This document shows positions 37,384 through 48,135 of a DNA stretch of 64,000 bases, one piece after another; the first letter of the stretch is position 1, and each line of letters starts with the position of its first letter. The position numbers and the translations under genes were made by a program. Below the pieces are notes generated by a model. The model ran no database searches, had not been told where the DNA came from, and saw only the letters and a program-made list of their open reading frames with translations. Source of the stretch: Rebecca billardiae RCC1528. Lineage: Eukaryota > Protista > Haptophyta. The DNA is taken from NCBI GenBank assembly GCA_965240325.2, contig OZ251235.1:1736001-1800000 (forward strand), written 5' to 3'.

Positions 37384-38243
37384 TGGGCGACCCGAAAGTA
37401 CCACGCGCTCGACAACATGCCCGGGTGCTGCGCGCTGTCCGGGGCCATCACCCACGGGATCACGCGTCGCGCGACCTCGTAGTACTCGGGAGCGCCCCCG
37501 CGCCCAGGGAACTCGAGCCGCCGGCCGGACACCATGTAGGCGGCGATCTGCGGCAGCGCACCAAAGCGCGCGTGGTACGCGCTCAGCGCGGGCCACTCGC
37601 GCTCGAGGTCGACGTAGCCCTGGGCGGAGAGCTGGTCGAGTGCTTGGAAGAGATGCACGTCCACGAAGCTCGGGCGGCGGCCCACCAGGAACGCCACGCC
37701 CGCGCGGTTCGAGCGCAGCGCGCGGTCGAAGCGGCACAGGTAGCGGCCTGCCGTCTTGGCTACGTCCGCGCGATCGCGCACGCCTCGGATGGCGGCTGAG
37801 ATGGCCATGACGGCGTTCCAGTCGTTCATCGACTCGGCGAGGATGTCGATCTGCGCGCGCTCCGCGTCGTTGCCGCCGTAGTACCCGTGGCGCCGCGCCA
37901 GGTGGCGCAGGATGGCGCCCTGCTGCACGAGGTGCAGACCGTCGACGACCAGCAGTGGTGTCTGGTCCATGGCGAGCACGCCCGCGCGCATCAGCTTGAG
38001 CTGGTGCTCCGCGCTCGAGAGGTAGGACGCGCCGTCCCGCGACAGGTACACGCGATCCTCCCACGTCATGCCGCACAGCGCGAGCATCAGCCGCACCTCC
38101 TCGCATCGGCCGTGGCCTGCAAAGTAGGTGAGAACCGCACCGCACTTTGGCGCGCGCCGCCTGGCCAGATGCCAGCGCAACGCCAGCGCCGCGCCCGCCG
38201 CAGCGGCAGCAAGCGCTGCGCCGCGACTGATCGCGCTCGTCAT
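37311..38243 (-). CDS. Glutathione S-transferase (Tyr-type, alpha/sigma/pi-like) with N-terminal hydrophobic leader
   Basis: LTYFAGHGRCEEVRLML, QTPLLVVDGLHLVQQGAILRHLAR..YG, FLVG..SFVD; ATG 38243. The longer ORF start is a shadow of the next gene. Confidence 0.9.
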   Translation of the reverse strand: MTSAISRGAALAAAAAGAALALRWHLARRRAPKCGAVLTYFAGHGRCEEVRLMLALCGMTWEDRVYLSRDGASYLSSAEHQLKLMRAGVLAMDQTPLLVVDGLHLVQQGAILRHLARRHGYYGGNDAERAQIDILAESMNDWNAVMAISAAIRGVRDRADVAKTAGRYLCRFDRALRSNRAGVAFLVGRRPSFVDVHLFQALDQLSAQGYVDLEREWPALSAYHARFGALPQIAAYMVSGRRLEFPGRGGAPEYYEVARRVIPWVMAPDSAQHPGMLSSAWYFRVAHFEREARQRKARAAASGPARWLDL

Positions 38244-38369
38244 CAAATGCTCCGCCCGGAGAGGCGCCGCTGCGGCTCTGCCTGCTTCACCTGCGTCGCG
38301 GAGGCCCCGCCCCGTGCGCGCGGCGCCGACCCGTCGCCCTGCTGTGTTTGATGCTTGAGAATCGGCAGG

Positions 38370-38822
38370 ATGGCGGCTCGAAAGCGACCGGCACGACAAG
38401 GACCAAGCCCCAAGGACCAAGCCCACGATGACGCCAGGCTGGCGGAGCAGATGCAGCTCGCACACGACGCCGAGATGGCGGCGAAGCTGCAGGAGGAGCT
38501 CGACTACGAGGTGGCGCACGAGCTCAACGATCAGCTGGAATCTCTGGAGATGGAGGCGAGTGAGCGTCGCGCGGCTGAGGCCATCAGAGAACGGCTCGAG
38601 CGCAAGGCGAGCAAGGAGGTCACGCATCTGGGCAAGGCTACCCTCAAGCGCATCCAGAGCACACTGGGTGTGCCGCAGACGTTGCGTGGCGTGCTGATGG
38701 CGAGCAGGGATGACGCCAAATTCCTACAGCTGCTGGAGCTGGTGGACACGGGCCAACGTGACCAGGTGCGCCTCGAGATTGAGTCGCTGCTGCTCGAGCA
38801 CGAGCTCGTGGCCATGCTCTGA
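38370..38822 (+). CDS. Small helical protein with MIU/UIM-like motifs
   Basis: Coding-like codon usage; DARLAEQMQ, DAEMAAKLQEE and DYEVAHELN repeats. Confidence 0.6.
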   Translation: MAARKRPARQGPSPKDQAHDDARLAEQMQLAHDAEMAAKLQEELDYEVAHELNDQLESLEMEASERRAAEAIRERLERKASKEVTHLGKATLKRIQSTLGVPQTLRGVLMASRDDAKFLQLLELVDTGQRDQVRLEIESLLLEHELVAML

Positions 38823-39168
38823 CGAGCCATCATCGCAACAACTGACAAGCGCATGCGGTAATACTAAAGTCATCACAGCAATAGAGAAGTTTGGATCATA
38901 TACATCCCGACGCTGATGAGGACTCGTCGGCGAGAGGACCCGTGCGGGCCGCGTCGGCGGCGGCGGACGCGCCGGTAACCCGGGGCCCCACGTGTTGGCA
39001 TTTAGTGTCGGCTGCCGACACCCAGCCAGGCGGTGAGGCAGGCCGCACCCGAAAATGCACGACGCACGCATCAACGCATGCCGGCGCCGGCCGAAAGAGC
39101 GTGCTCTACGCCCAGCCTCCAGACGCACGATGAAGGCCGTGCGCAGAGCCCGCCCGGAGCAGACAGCG

Positions 39169-40176
39169 TCATAGCAACGCGCTGTTGGATGACGCGGCGC
39201 GCGTCGGCGCTGTGCCCGTCGCCGACACCATCTCCGTCTCGCCTCCGTGCGCAGTGGCGGATGGGAACGCGTCGGGGGGCAGGCTTGTGGACGCGCAGCA
39301 TAGCCTGTGCAGCGTGTGCCCGCGGGAGGTCGGGCTGCGCACCGTCTCCTCGCCATGCGTCGGCGCTCCGTCGGGCTTGACCGGCTCGCCCGCGCGCGCG
39401 GCGGCGCCTCCCTTCTCCCCTGCGATAGCCTCGCCACTCGCCACCTCGCCGCCGCTGCGCACCCTGTCCATGACCGCGCGGAACCAGCGCACGGTGGTCG
39501 GCGCGGAGGTCGCGACGATCGCGCCCGCCACGAACAGCGCGCAGATCGCGTCCGTCGCGGCGGGCTGCGTGGTGAAGCGCAGCAACACCACCGACTCGAC
39601 GAGCGTGGTCGAGGATCGGAATAAGTCGGCGAGCACGTGCACGAGCGCGGACGTCATGTTGAGGCCGTGCGCGCCGGTCTCGTCCGGCGCGAAGGCGGCA
39701 CCGGAGCGCCAGCTGCGGGCGAACTCGGCGAGCGACGCGCCGTCCACCGCGAGCCCGGCGAGCGCGAAGCCGAGGACGATGTGGCCGTTGACCGCGTCGT
39801 CCGCGTCGCGCGCGCCGTCCAGATTCGCGAGCGTCGCGATGGCCTCGAAGGCCGACGGGAGCGTGATAGCCCAGAGCGCGCCGAGCGAGACGCCCGACAC
39901 GAGCAGCTCCGTCTTCTCGCTGTCCGCGCGGCTGCGCGGCCCCGAGCAGCCGCACTCCGCCCAGAGATTGGCCGCGTACGTGAGCACATCGACCAGCATG
40001 GACGCCGAGTCAATCAGCAGGGACAGGCTGCCCGCGATGGCGGAGCCGATGAACTGCGATGTGGTGATCGCGAGGAAGAGGAGGAGCGTCACCGTGAGCG
40101 CGCGCACGTTGGCCCATTGCTTCTCCTCGGGCCCGCCGCCCGGGCCGTCGTCAGCAGCGGGAGCTGCCGCCTGCAT
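39169..40176 (-). CDS. Cation diffusion facilitator (ZnT/MTP-like) transporter
   Basis: GSLSLLIDSASMLVD signature, LNMTSALVHVLAD, 6 TM helices; ATG 40176. Confidence 0.88.
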   Translation of the reverse strand: MQAAAPAADDGPGGGPEEKQWANVRALTVTLLLFLAITTSQFIGSAIAGSLSLLIDSASMLVDVLTYAANLWAECGCSGPRSRADSEKTELLVSGVSLGALWAITLPSAFEAIATLANLDGARDADDAVNGHIVLGFALAGLAVDGASLAEFARSWRSGAAFAPDETGAHGLNMTSALVHVLADLFRSSTTLVESVVLLRFTTQPAATDAICALFVAGAIVATSAPTTVRWFRAVMDRVRSGGEVASGEAIAGEKGGAAARAGEPVKPDGAPTHGEETVRSPTSRGHTLHRLCCASTSLPPDAFPSATAHGGETEMVSATGTAPTRAASSNSALL

Positions 40177-40293
40177 GATCCCGTTTGTTGAGAAAGGCCG
40201 TGTCCGAGAACGCAGTGCTTGCCCAGGACCGGACCGGAATCCTCCGTTGACGTTGGCCTCGGACGCGTCGTCATCGTGCTCGGAGCGAGCTTC

Positions 40294-41196
40294 ATGTCGG
40301 GCGATGCGGACGCGCAGTTCTCCCGCGGCATGCAGCACGCACACAGCGGCAACTTGGACGCGGCGGTGCCTTTGTTCAAGCAGGCTGCCGCGCAGGGCCA
40401 CGTCGAGGCAATGTACACGCTCGGCGCGTGCTATCACACGGGCGCCGGTGCGCTCCGCAGCGACCAGCGACAGGCCGTGCACTGGTTCCGCGACGCAGCC
40501 GAGGCCGGGCACATGCTTTCGCAGCTGAATCTCTCGACCATTTACCGCAACGGCGCACCCGGCGTGCCGATCGACAAGTCCGAGTCCGCGCGCTGGTCGC
40601 GCGCGGCGGCCGAGCAAGGCCATCCGCAAGCGCAGTTCAACCTCGGTAACGACTGCCGGGCGGGCGAGGGCGTGCCAAAGGACGCGGCGGAGGCGGTGCG
40701 CTGGCTGACCAAGGCAGCCGACCAGGGGCTCCCAGAGGCGCAGTACAACCTCGCCAACCTCATCTACGACGGCGAGGGCACGGCGCCCAACCCCAAGGCG
40801 GCCTTCCGGCTGTGGCTGGCGGCTGCTGAGAGCGGGCAGGCGGAGGCGCAGTACACCGTTGGCGATATGTACTTTCGCGGCGACGGCGTGGAGGAGGACG
40901 AGGACCAGGCGATGCGCTGGCTCCGCCGGTCGGCCGAGCAGGGCTACACCGTCGCGCAGATCGGGCTGGCCGGCCACCTGGCCCTGGGGAAGGGCATCCG
41001 GAAGAACGAGGCCGAGGCTGAGCGCTGGTTGAAGCGCGCGGCGCAGGCTGGGGACCCGCGCGCGGTCCTGCTGATGGGCAGAATGGAGCTGCTGCCGATG
41101 GCCAGCGAGAGCTTCGTGGCAGGCGAGCGCCGATCGACGAGGCCATCAGGCGGCGAGACCGGGCAGGGCGGACAGGCTGGCCAGCGCCGCAGTTGA
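40294..41196 (+). CDS. Sel1-repeat protein, copy 1
   Basis: About 7 SLR units (AAEQGHPQAQFNLG, AADQGLPEAQYNLA). Confidence 0.92.
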   Translation: MSGDADAQFSRGMQHAHSGNLDAAVPLFKQAAAQGHVEAMYTLGACYHTGAGALRSDQRQAVHWFRDAAEAGHMLSQLNLSTIYRNGAPGVPIDKSESARWSRAAAEQGHPQAQFNLGNDCRAGEGVPKDAAEAVRWLTKAADQGLPEAQYNLANLIYDGEGTAPNPKAAFRLWLAAAESGQAEAQYTVGDMYFRGDGVEEDEDQAMRWLRRSAEQGYTVAQIGLAGHLALGKGIRKNEAEAERWLKRAAQAGDPRAVLLMGRMELLPMASESFVAGERRSTRPSGGETGQGGQAGQRRS

Positions 41197-41494
41197 TCCG
41201 ACTTTGAAGCGACTACCAGTATAATCAGTATCTCGCCGTACGCGCTGCCGCAGCCTTAGTTAGTATGCCGTTCGCCCTCGGCAAGTCGGGGTAAGTGCGG
41301 TGTTCGGCCTCCGATGAGTCTGACGCCGCATGCTGCAGGAGTAGCAGCTAGATAACTGCCAACTGGCTCCGCGGCCGCCCATCATATTCATAACCTGATT
41401 AAACTCGCGCGCCGCTCCGGCTCTGCCAGTCTAGTTGCAGCATCTTAGTAGTAGTTGAGTCCGCGAGTCACCGATCGGCAGTTACCAGCCACTA

Positions 41495-41495
<1 letters not shown>

Positions 41496-41547
<52 letters not shown>
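41496..41547. repeat. (TA)n microsatellite
   Basis: Direct observation. Confidence 0.95.
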
Positions 41548-41549
<2 letters not shown>

Positions 41550-41767
41550 GGGTACACTTATAACTGAGTGACCCGACTGACCATGCAGGCTTGGCTGACT
41601 GAGTACATACTCAGTACTACGACGAGTAGTCGCACGGTTGACACCGTGTCAGTTGCAGCTCGTGCCACTGCGGTACTGCACCAAGGCCACTCGTCCGCCG
41701 ATCCCGACTGGCCGACTGTCATGCCGGTCATCGACGACGCACGCCACAGCGAGCGGTGGTAGGACGA

Positions 41768-42967
41768 TTAGGAGCCTGCCCAAGGATCGTAGCCGAAGGG
41801 TGCAAATGAGAAGGCCCAGCGTTCTTGCACGAGTTGGAGCTCAGCGCTGGTCGCACCTGGATGGTGGGGTCGGCGGTAGCTCGCGAGCTTCGCGCAGTAC
41901 GCTCGCAGCACGTCGCCGTCCACGGGAATGCCAGCCGCCGCGAAGACGCGACGAGCGACCGCCTCCGGCTCGGCCACCAGCTCGGCAAAGCCCACTTCGA
42001 GCAGATGGCAGTTGGGCGGCAGCTGCTCGCGGTCGTGGAGGTACGCACGGAGCTTGGTCTCGTACACGCTCAGGACCATGTCGCGCACCTCCGCATGGGG
42101 CGGCTCGCCGTCCAACGTCGTTTTCACGTCCCACTCGCGCGCGAGCGTGCACGACGAGCGGTACACCTCTTCGGGCTGGCGATGCATGAACACAAACGTG
42201 GCGCCTGGGAAGCGGCGCGCCAGAAGCAGCATGCGCGCCGTGTTGCAGTTCGTCTTGAGCACGAGCGTCTTGGGGGCGGCGGGGCAGGAGGACGGCCGCG
42301 CCTCCGCCTCAAGCGCATTGTACACGGCCGTGCGGCGCAGGAGCAGGTCCAGCGCCCAGCACCAGAGCCGCTGCACGTAGGCAGGCGCATCTCCGATCGT
42401 GAACACCCGCGTCGTGGTCGGAGGGCACGGGAACTTCGTGCTGAGGAAGAGGCTTGGGGGGTACTCGCCAAGGCCCGTCATGAGCCCGATCCCGGACGCC
42501 TCTTCGAAGGGCGTGTCCACGTCCTTGTCCACATTGTCGTACGCCCGGAGGTCGCGCAGTAGGTACCGCCCGATCAGATGGCGCGTGCGGCGCAGAAGTA
42601 GACACGTCCACGGAAAGTAGCAGACGAATGCGGGCACGAAGGTGACGTGCGCGGCGTTGGCGCACAAGATGTTCTGCATGAGCGTCGTCCCGGTGCGGTA
42701 GTGCCCGATCACGAAGATGGGCGGCACGGGCGCGGCCTCGGCGGATGCGACGCGGCGGCCGTAGATAGCCCAATCGACGAGGCCCAGAACGGACTGCACG
42801 GCCGCGAGCGCAGTGATGACCGCTGCTTGCCATGCGCCCCGGCGGCTGAAGCCGCGATGGCAGTACGGCAGGTGGATCCACAGAGCGTGCGCCCATCCGA
42901 ACAGCCCAAAGCCAGCGTAGCGCTTCAGCGCCTCGGGCACGGCGTAGGATGAGTGCGCGTTCAGCAT
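41768..42967 (-). CDS. Sulfotransferase (Sulfotransfer_3-like)
   Basis: 5'-PSB motif PIFVIGHYRTGTT, LVLK.., FPGATFVFMHRQPEEVYRS, EVGFAELVAEP. The start is uncertain (first ATG 42967). Confidence 0.88.
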   Translation of the reverse strand: MLNAHSSYAVPEALKRYAGFGLFGWAHALWIHLPYCHRGFSRRGAWQAAVITALAAVQSVLGLVDWAIYGRRVASAEAAPVPPIFVIGHYRTGTTLMQNILCANAAHVTFVPAFVCYFPWTCLLLRRTRHLIGRYLLRDLRAYDNVDKDVDTPFEEASGIGLMTGLGEYPPSLFLSTKFPCPPTTTRVFTIGDAPAYVQRLWCWALDLLLRRTAVYNALEAEARPSSCPAAPKTLVLKTNCNTARMLLLARRFPGATFVFMHRQPEEVYRSSCTLAREWDVKTTLDGEPPHAEVRDMVLSVYETKLRAYLHDREQLPPNCHLLEVGFAELVAEPEAVARRVFAAAGIPVDGDVLRAYCAKLASYRRPHHPGATSAELQLVQERWAFSFAPFGYDPWAGS

Positions 42968-43101
42968 CGGCGCGATGGGGTTGTCGATAATACTGTGCTG
43001 CAATGGCCGCCTCGATGAGGTGCGGCAACGCGCCCCTCACCTGCCTGCGCCGGTCTGTTTTGTGGCGGCGGTCGGAGCATCGCACGCTCGATCTCCGAAT
43101 T

Positions 43102-44229
43102 CAAGGGCGTTCCCGGGATCCTGCCACACGCTCCCGAAAAGCAAAGCCCCCCCTGGGGGGGCTTTGCCTTCCGGACTGGCGCTGCGCCAGTGGCGGCCGC
43201 CAACCCGGACTGCGGCGCACCAGCGCTTGGCGCGCGCGCGGCGCGGCTTGCTGCGGCCGTCGAGTTGCCGTGCGAAGGCGGCGCGTTGCGTGCGTGGCAT
43301 CGGATCGCTACCGTGTTCCGCACTGCGCCCCGCAGCTCGCTCCTCGTCGACTTCGCCGCGCCTACGATCAGCGCGCATGCGAGCGTCGCCTCGGAATGAG
43401 CAGCCCGCGCCGGCCTCAGCCGTGAGCGCCCGCCTGGCGCGCGATGCGATCAACTCGGGGCACGAGCTGCGGCTGGACGAGGAAGCATGTGCCTGCGCGC
43501 AAGCCTCGCCGCCTTGACACACCGATCGTGAGCAGGGCATGCACCTTGCACGCAACTATTCTTCTTGCCCTTGCGAATGTCGCGGTGCCCTTGAAAAGAC
43601 TCCTCATCAGAGCAACTACTCAAGCATGTCATGACAGCAGCCACGCGCGCAGGCGATGCATACAGATGTACACAAGCCGCTGCGCGCACACGCAACCCGA
43701 AGACTCCTATTCATCACTTCAGGGCGCTCGCGGTCTGTTGCTTAATCTCCACTGCATGCAAGGCTCGTGCAGGCTGATCGGCATTCGTCGACAGCCGTCT
43801 GAAGCTGCATCAACGCGCACGATCGGTGTCTCAAGGCGGCGAGGCTTGCGCGCAGGCACATGCTTCCTCGCCCAGCCGCAGCTCGTGCTCCGAGGTGATC
43901 GCATCGCGCGCCAGGCGGGCGCTCACGGCTGAGGCCGGCGCGGGCTGCTCATTCCGAGGCGACGCTCGCATGCGCGCTGATCGTAGGCGCGGCAAAGTCG
44001 ACGAGGAGCGAGCTGCGGGGCGCAGTGCGGAACACGGTAGCGATCCGATGCCACGCACGCAACGCGCCGCCTTCGCACGGCAACTCGACGGCCGCAGCAA
44101 GCCGCGCCGCGCGCGCGCCAAGCGCCCATTGAGGCCAGCGCGCCTCGCGAAGCGCGCTTTCATTTTCCCGCGCTTTGTTTTCGCGCGTGAGTTTTTATTG
44201 GCGCATGACCCGCGCGGGGAACGCCCCTG
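43102..44229. mobile_element. Non-autonomous fold-back element: 13-bp outer TIR plus 308-bp internal inverted arms
   Basis: CAAGGGCGTTCCC (43102-43114) vs the reverse complement of 44217-44229, CAGGGGCGTTCCC. Arms 43223-43530 / 43818-44125 with about 5 mismatches; spacer 287 bp. No TSD found, so the outer limits are less certain. Confidence 0.7.
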
Positions 44230-45689
44230 GAGACTAAGAGAGACAGAAAGTTCACGAGTCACAACCTGTCCGGTTAAGACCCGGACTGCCACTGCCGCGT
44301 GCAAGCACTGCGGCCGCAGGCTTGTCCCCTACACCCCTGGCTCGGGGGACGGCTGCCGTGGCGGCGGTGGGTGCGTGCTCGCCGAGCGTCCTAGCGGTCG
44401 ATTGCGGGGCGTTCCGTGGCGGCACGCTGGGCGGGGCGGGCCCCAAGACGTAGGGGAACGTCGACAAAGCAGCCCGCTGATGTCTCTCCTCGCTCGTCGC
44501 CCTTGCGGTTGGCGCGCGCAACCACTTGCGGGCTTGAGCTTGTGCCGAGCGGTCACTTCCTGCCAGCCGACTCGACATGTGGGGAGCCTGGGCGCGATGA
44601 GATGGCTCGGGGAGGTGGGGGTATGTATGCACAATGTATACGTACACGCGCGCTGGACTTCCGACCCCGCACGCCGCCTGAAAGAGGTCACGTTAGGCAC
44701 GCGTCGCGCTCTCGCGTTTCAAACGGTGTGTGCCGCACGACATTTCCAGAGTCACGGATCACTGATCGAGCTGCTTTCCTGGTCGCCCATAGCACAGATA
44801 AGCCTACCCGACTAGCCCCATGCGTGACGGCCGGGTCTTGAGTGCTATGGCACCACTTGTAGCAGCTTCTTGCACGCTAGGCACTGCCACAAGCGCCGCG
44901 AGCCAGCTTCGTGAGCATTTGAACGCAGACACAAGGTGCGGAGGCAGTCTTCAGGGCGTGGCAATGGCATGGGAGTCCGCGTCTAGTGTTGTACACGCAA
45001 TGCGACGGCGCGCACACGCGCGACTACGTGCCACAAGGCCGGTGATACCCGCGAGCCGCCACGCTCACGCGCCCGTCGCTCCTCCAGCCGCCGCTTGGCG
45101 ACGCCGCCCGGACTCAGCGACGACACTGGTCGCGGCCTCCCGGAATACAGGGGGGGGGGGGGGGGAGGGACCTGTATTTACCCGTCCAGGGGTTTAGGAG
45201 ATAAGCCGCAGGGCGTCCGGCGAGACCCACTGAAGCCCCAGTGCGGCCCGAGGTCCTCGATGGCGGCTTTCGACGGCCGGCCCATCTGACCCACCGTGCG
45301 CCCACGGCCGGTGCCGGACCGTCGGGGGGCGTCACAGCCGCGGCGAGGTTCGTGTGGGCATGCCAACTACTCGGGCAAAGACTCCCCCACCAGGTGCGTG
45401 TGCGTGATGCGCGTGTTGTCCCATGCGCTCGTGCGGGCGGGCGCGTCCTATTTCAGCGAGGCGGGCAGATTGAGTGCTTGGTGTTCGCAAATGCGACGAT
45501 TTGCGGGCATGCGATGGGTGTGGAGGGGAGCTATGTGATACCCATATGCCAGGCCGCACGTGTCTGGACTGTACTTTTGTGTGATTGTCATGCCGCGTGC
45601 GTTTTGGGGCTCACGCATGCATGCCTGCACCCACGCGTGTGCCGCCCGCATTCGAGCGCGCAGGGACGGGCGCGAGGAAGCGGAGCGTT

Positions 45690-46380
45690 GATGCGCGCAC
45701 GCCGGGCAAGGTTCCCACGCCAGCTGTTCCTCGGCCGCGCCTCGAGGGCGAGCTCCCTGACTCGCTCATCGGCAAATACTGGCGTGATGCCCACTTTGCC
45801 AACGGGACGGGCAATGACATGCACGGTGGCGCGCGCGCTCTGGCTGCTGCTCCGCTCATTCTGGTGCTCTATGCGCTGATGACGCTCTCGCAGGTCATTG
45901 ACCTGTTCGGCACGACCGTCGTTCACCCCCTCGTGAATGCCACGCGGCACCAGCGTAAGGAGGCTCGGCACGAGCGCCTGCTGCGAGCGCTCTCGGCCCC
46001 GGATATCGATTGGAGTCGCTACAAGCCCGCGTGGGTGGCGGAGACCGAGGACGAGCCCGACAGCTACGGGCTGTGGCCGATCGTGCAGTGCCTACGCGAC
46101 ACCCGCTTCATCGCGGTCTTCGCCGCACACCCCATTGCGAGCGGCAGGCAGTGGCAGCCGACGGACGTGCGCTTCTCCACAGCGACGCTGGCAGCGGGGA
46201 TGCTGCGGCATCAGGCGACAGGCTGCCTGCATACGCTCTCGAATAGCTCAAAATGGGGCAACGCGCTGAAGCCGCAATGGGCACCGTTGCTCGCGCCGGA
46301 CGGCCCCTACGTGTGGCAGCTGCTCGAGCACCTCCTCGCGTGGCGGTCGAGGGCCACAACGCGCCCGCTGGATGCGCGAG
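45690..46380 (+). other. Orphan coding-like segment inside the TIR element
   Basis: The core of ORF 45585-46712 has balanced globular composition (many W/Y/F/D/E), unlike shadow ORFs; start and end are unclear. Confidence 0.45.
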
Positions 46381-46449
46381 GCGGCGTCTCCACAGCTGAC
46401 GTGGCTCACGCTCACGCGCACACGCAGCCTTCGCCGGTGGCTGGCGTCG

Positions 46450-47560
46450 AGCACGCTGCTGCCGCTGACCGGCCTGTCCGCAGCTGGGTTCGGGTGTGGG
46501 TCGAGGAGGATGAGGCGATTCGCAGCGACCAGGTTCAGACCAGCGCCGCCAGCCTTCGTCGAGATGAAGAGGACGCGCGCCTTCGAGCCAAGGGCACAAA
46601 AGTCAGCGATGACGCCCTATCAGACTGCCTCACTGCGCCATGCAGCTCGACGATGCGCCAGCCGTCACGCCGCCAGCCGCCAGCGTACTCCTTCTCCAAT
46701 GCCTTGCGGTAGAGCGACAGCACCTCCGTGTGCGCAGCGAACACGACGATCTTGTCGTCCGTGTGATCGAGCACCTCCGTCAGAAGGCGCAGAAACACTC
46801 TGTAACTCGCAGCTTGGTGGACGCAGCGAGTGCAGCTGGGACGAGTCCAGCCAATTCTGCTCGAGGTGGCGAGAGAGGGACTGGATCTTGGGCTCGAGAC
46901 TGGTGCCGGCGAGGGCGGGGTGCGACGAGATGCCGACCTGGATGCCCGACCGTGCGAGAGTGCGAAGGCGTTGATGGGCCCCACGACGAACTGCTCCCAG
47001 TACTGCTCGGAGACAGCGGCGCCGGGGTCAGCCAGGTTGATGAGTGAGTGAGGGCCTTCAGGTCGTTGCTGTCAGGCGTGGCGGTGAGCAGCAGCCGCTT
47101 AAGCGGCCAGAGCGAGTGCACGTAGGTCACCAGCGCAGTATTGTCGTTGTAAAGCTCGTGCGCCTCGTCGAACACCCCGAGGTGGACGCGTGCTTTCGAG
47201 GCAGAACGGAACTGGCCGTACGAGAGTACAAGCCAGTGCGCGCCCGTCATGAAGGCGGCGATGCTGTCGTCCGCTGACGGGCCGACAACGCGCACATCTT
47301 GATCGGGACAAATCCATCGCATGTCTCCTTCCCACTGCTTCACCAGCGTCGCCTTGGTGACGATGAGCACCCGCTCAGACCCCATCCGGTCGGCAACCAT
47401 AGCTCCGACCGCGGTCTTGCCGTACCCCGTACCAGCGGCGACTATGAAGCCGTCGCGCAAGCGGAGGCGCCCAATGACGATGTCTACTACATCCTCCTGG
47501 TCTACACGTGCCTCGAACGCAGGCCTTGGCGCTGCATGAGGCGAGCGCGGCAGGGCGGGG
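46450..47560 (-). pseudogene. SNF2-family (SF2) helicase remnant, frameshifted and internally deleted
   Basis: Walker A AGTGYGKT, LIVTKATLVKQW, DEAH and LLTATP. In other frames: DKIVVFA..ELHG and VLFISTKAGGAGLNLVAANRLILLDPHPNP (SNF2 helicase-C motif). Confidence 0.88.
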
Positions 47561-48135
47561 CGGCAGAGCGCAGAGTGAGTAGACGTGGAAACGTAGGCCC
47601 CACCGCGCGACGAGGAGAGGGTGCACGACACGCCCCACGCGCGGGATCACCTTGATAGGGGTTGGGCATCATGTCGAAGCCCTCAACACGGCCGAGTCGG
47701 CCCTCTCGTCGAGGCTCACCTGGGCCGCTGCCTCTCGCCGGACGGACTCGTCCCTCGCCCCATGGGAGAGGGGAGGTAGTCCGGGTCTCAACCGGACAGA
47801 GTCACAACCAAGGCCGCCGTTCTCGCCTGCCTGAGCTGTGTGCGTCTCTTATTCTTAGTAAACTGTACGCCGGTCTGTGGCCGAGTACTAGTGGGAGTAG
47901 TGGCGTGCTCTTGCGTCTGAGCAAGGGGGTTCAATTGAGGTCATGGGTTCAAAACCCCCAGTTTCCAGGTCTCTCTTCGGAGAGCGTGCGATGAAGGATG
48001 GCGCGGCAACCTGCCACCGTGAGCCTTACGCACGTTAAAACAAATAAACTGTACCCCCGCTCGACGTCGCGTTGTCGAGTCGCCGCCGTGTCGCTGGGGT
48101 CGGCGGTCCCAACGCAGTCGCGTCGTGCTGGGCCC

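Larger units (their letters stand above)
44266..47799. mobile_element. TIR DNA element with 9-bp (or 11-bp) TSD, Mutator-like, carrying cargo
   Basis: TIR CTGTCCGGTTAAGACCCGGACTGCC vs reverse complement CTGTCCGGTTGAGACCCGGACTACC (23/25). Flanking direct repeat AGTCACAAC at 44257-44265 and 47800-47808, or GAGTCACAACC if the ends are TGT..ACA. Confidence 0.9.

Noticed and set aside
39169-40977. 602-aa CDF with long N-terminal extension
   Set aside because: The extension is the antisense of the Sel1 gene; the plausible start is ATG 40176.
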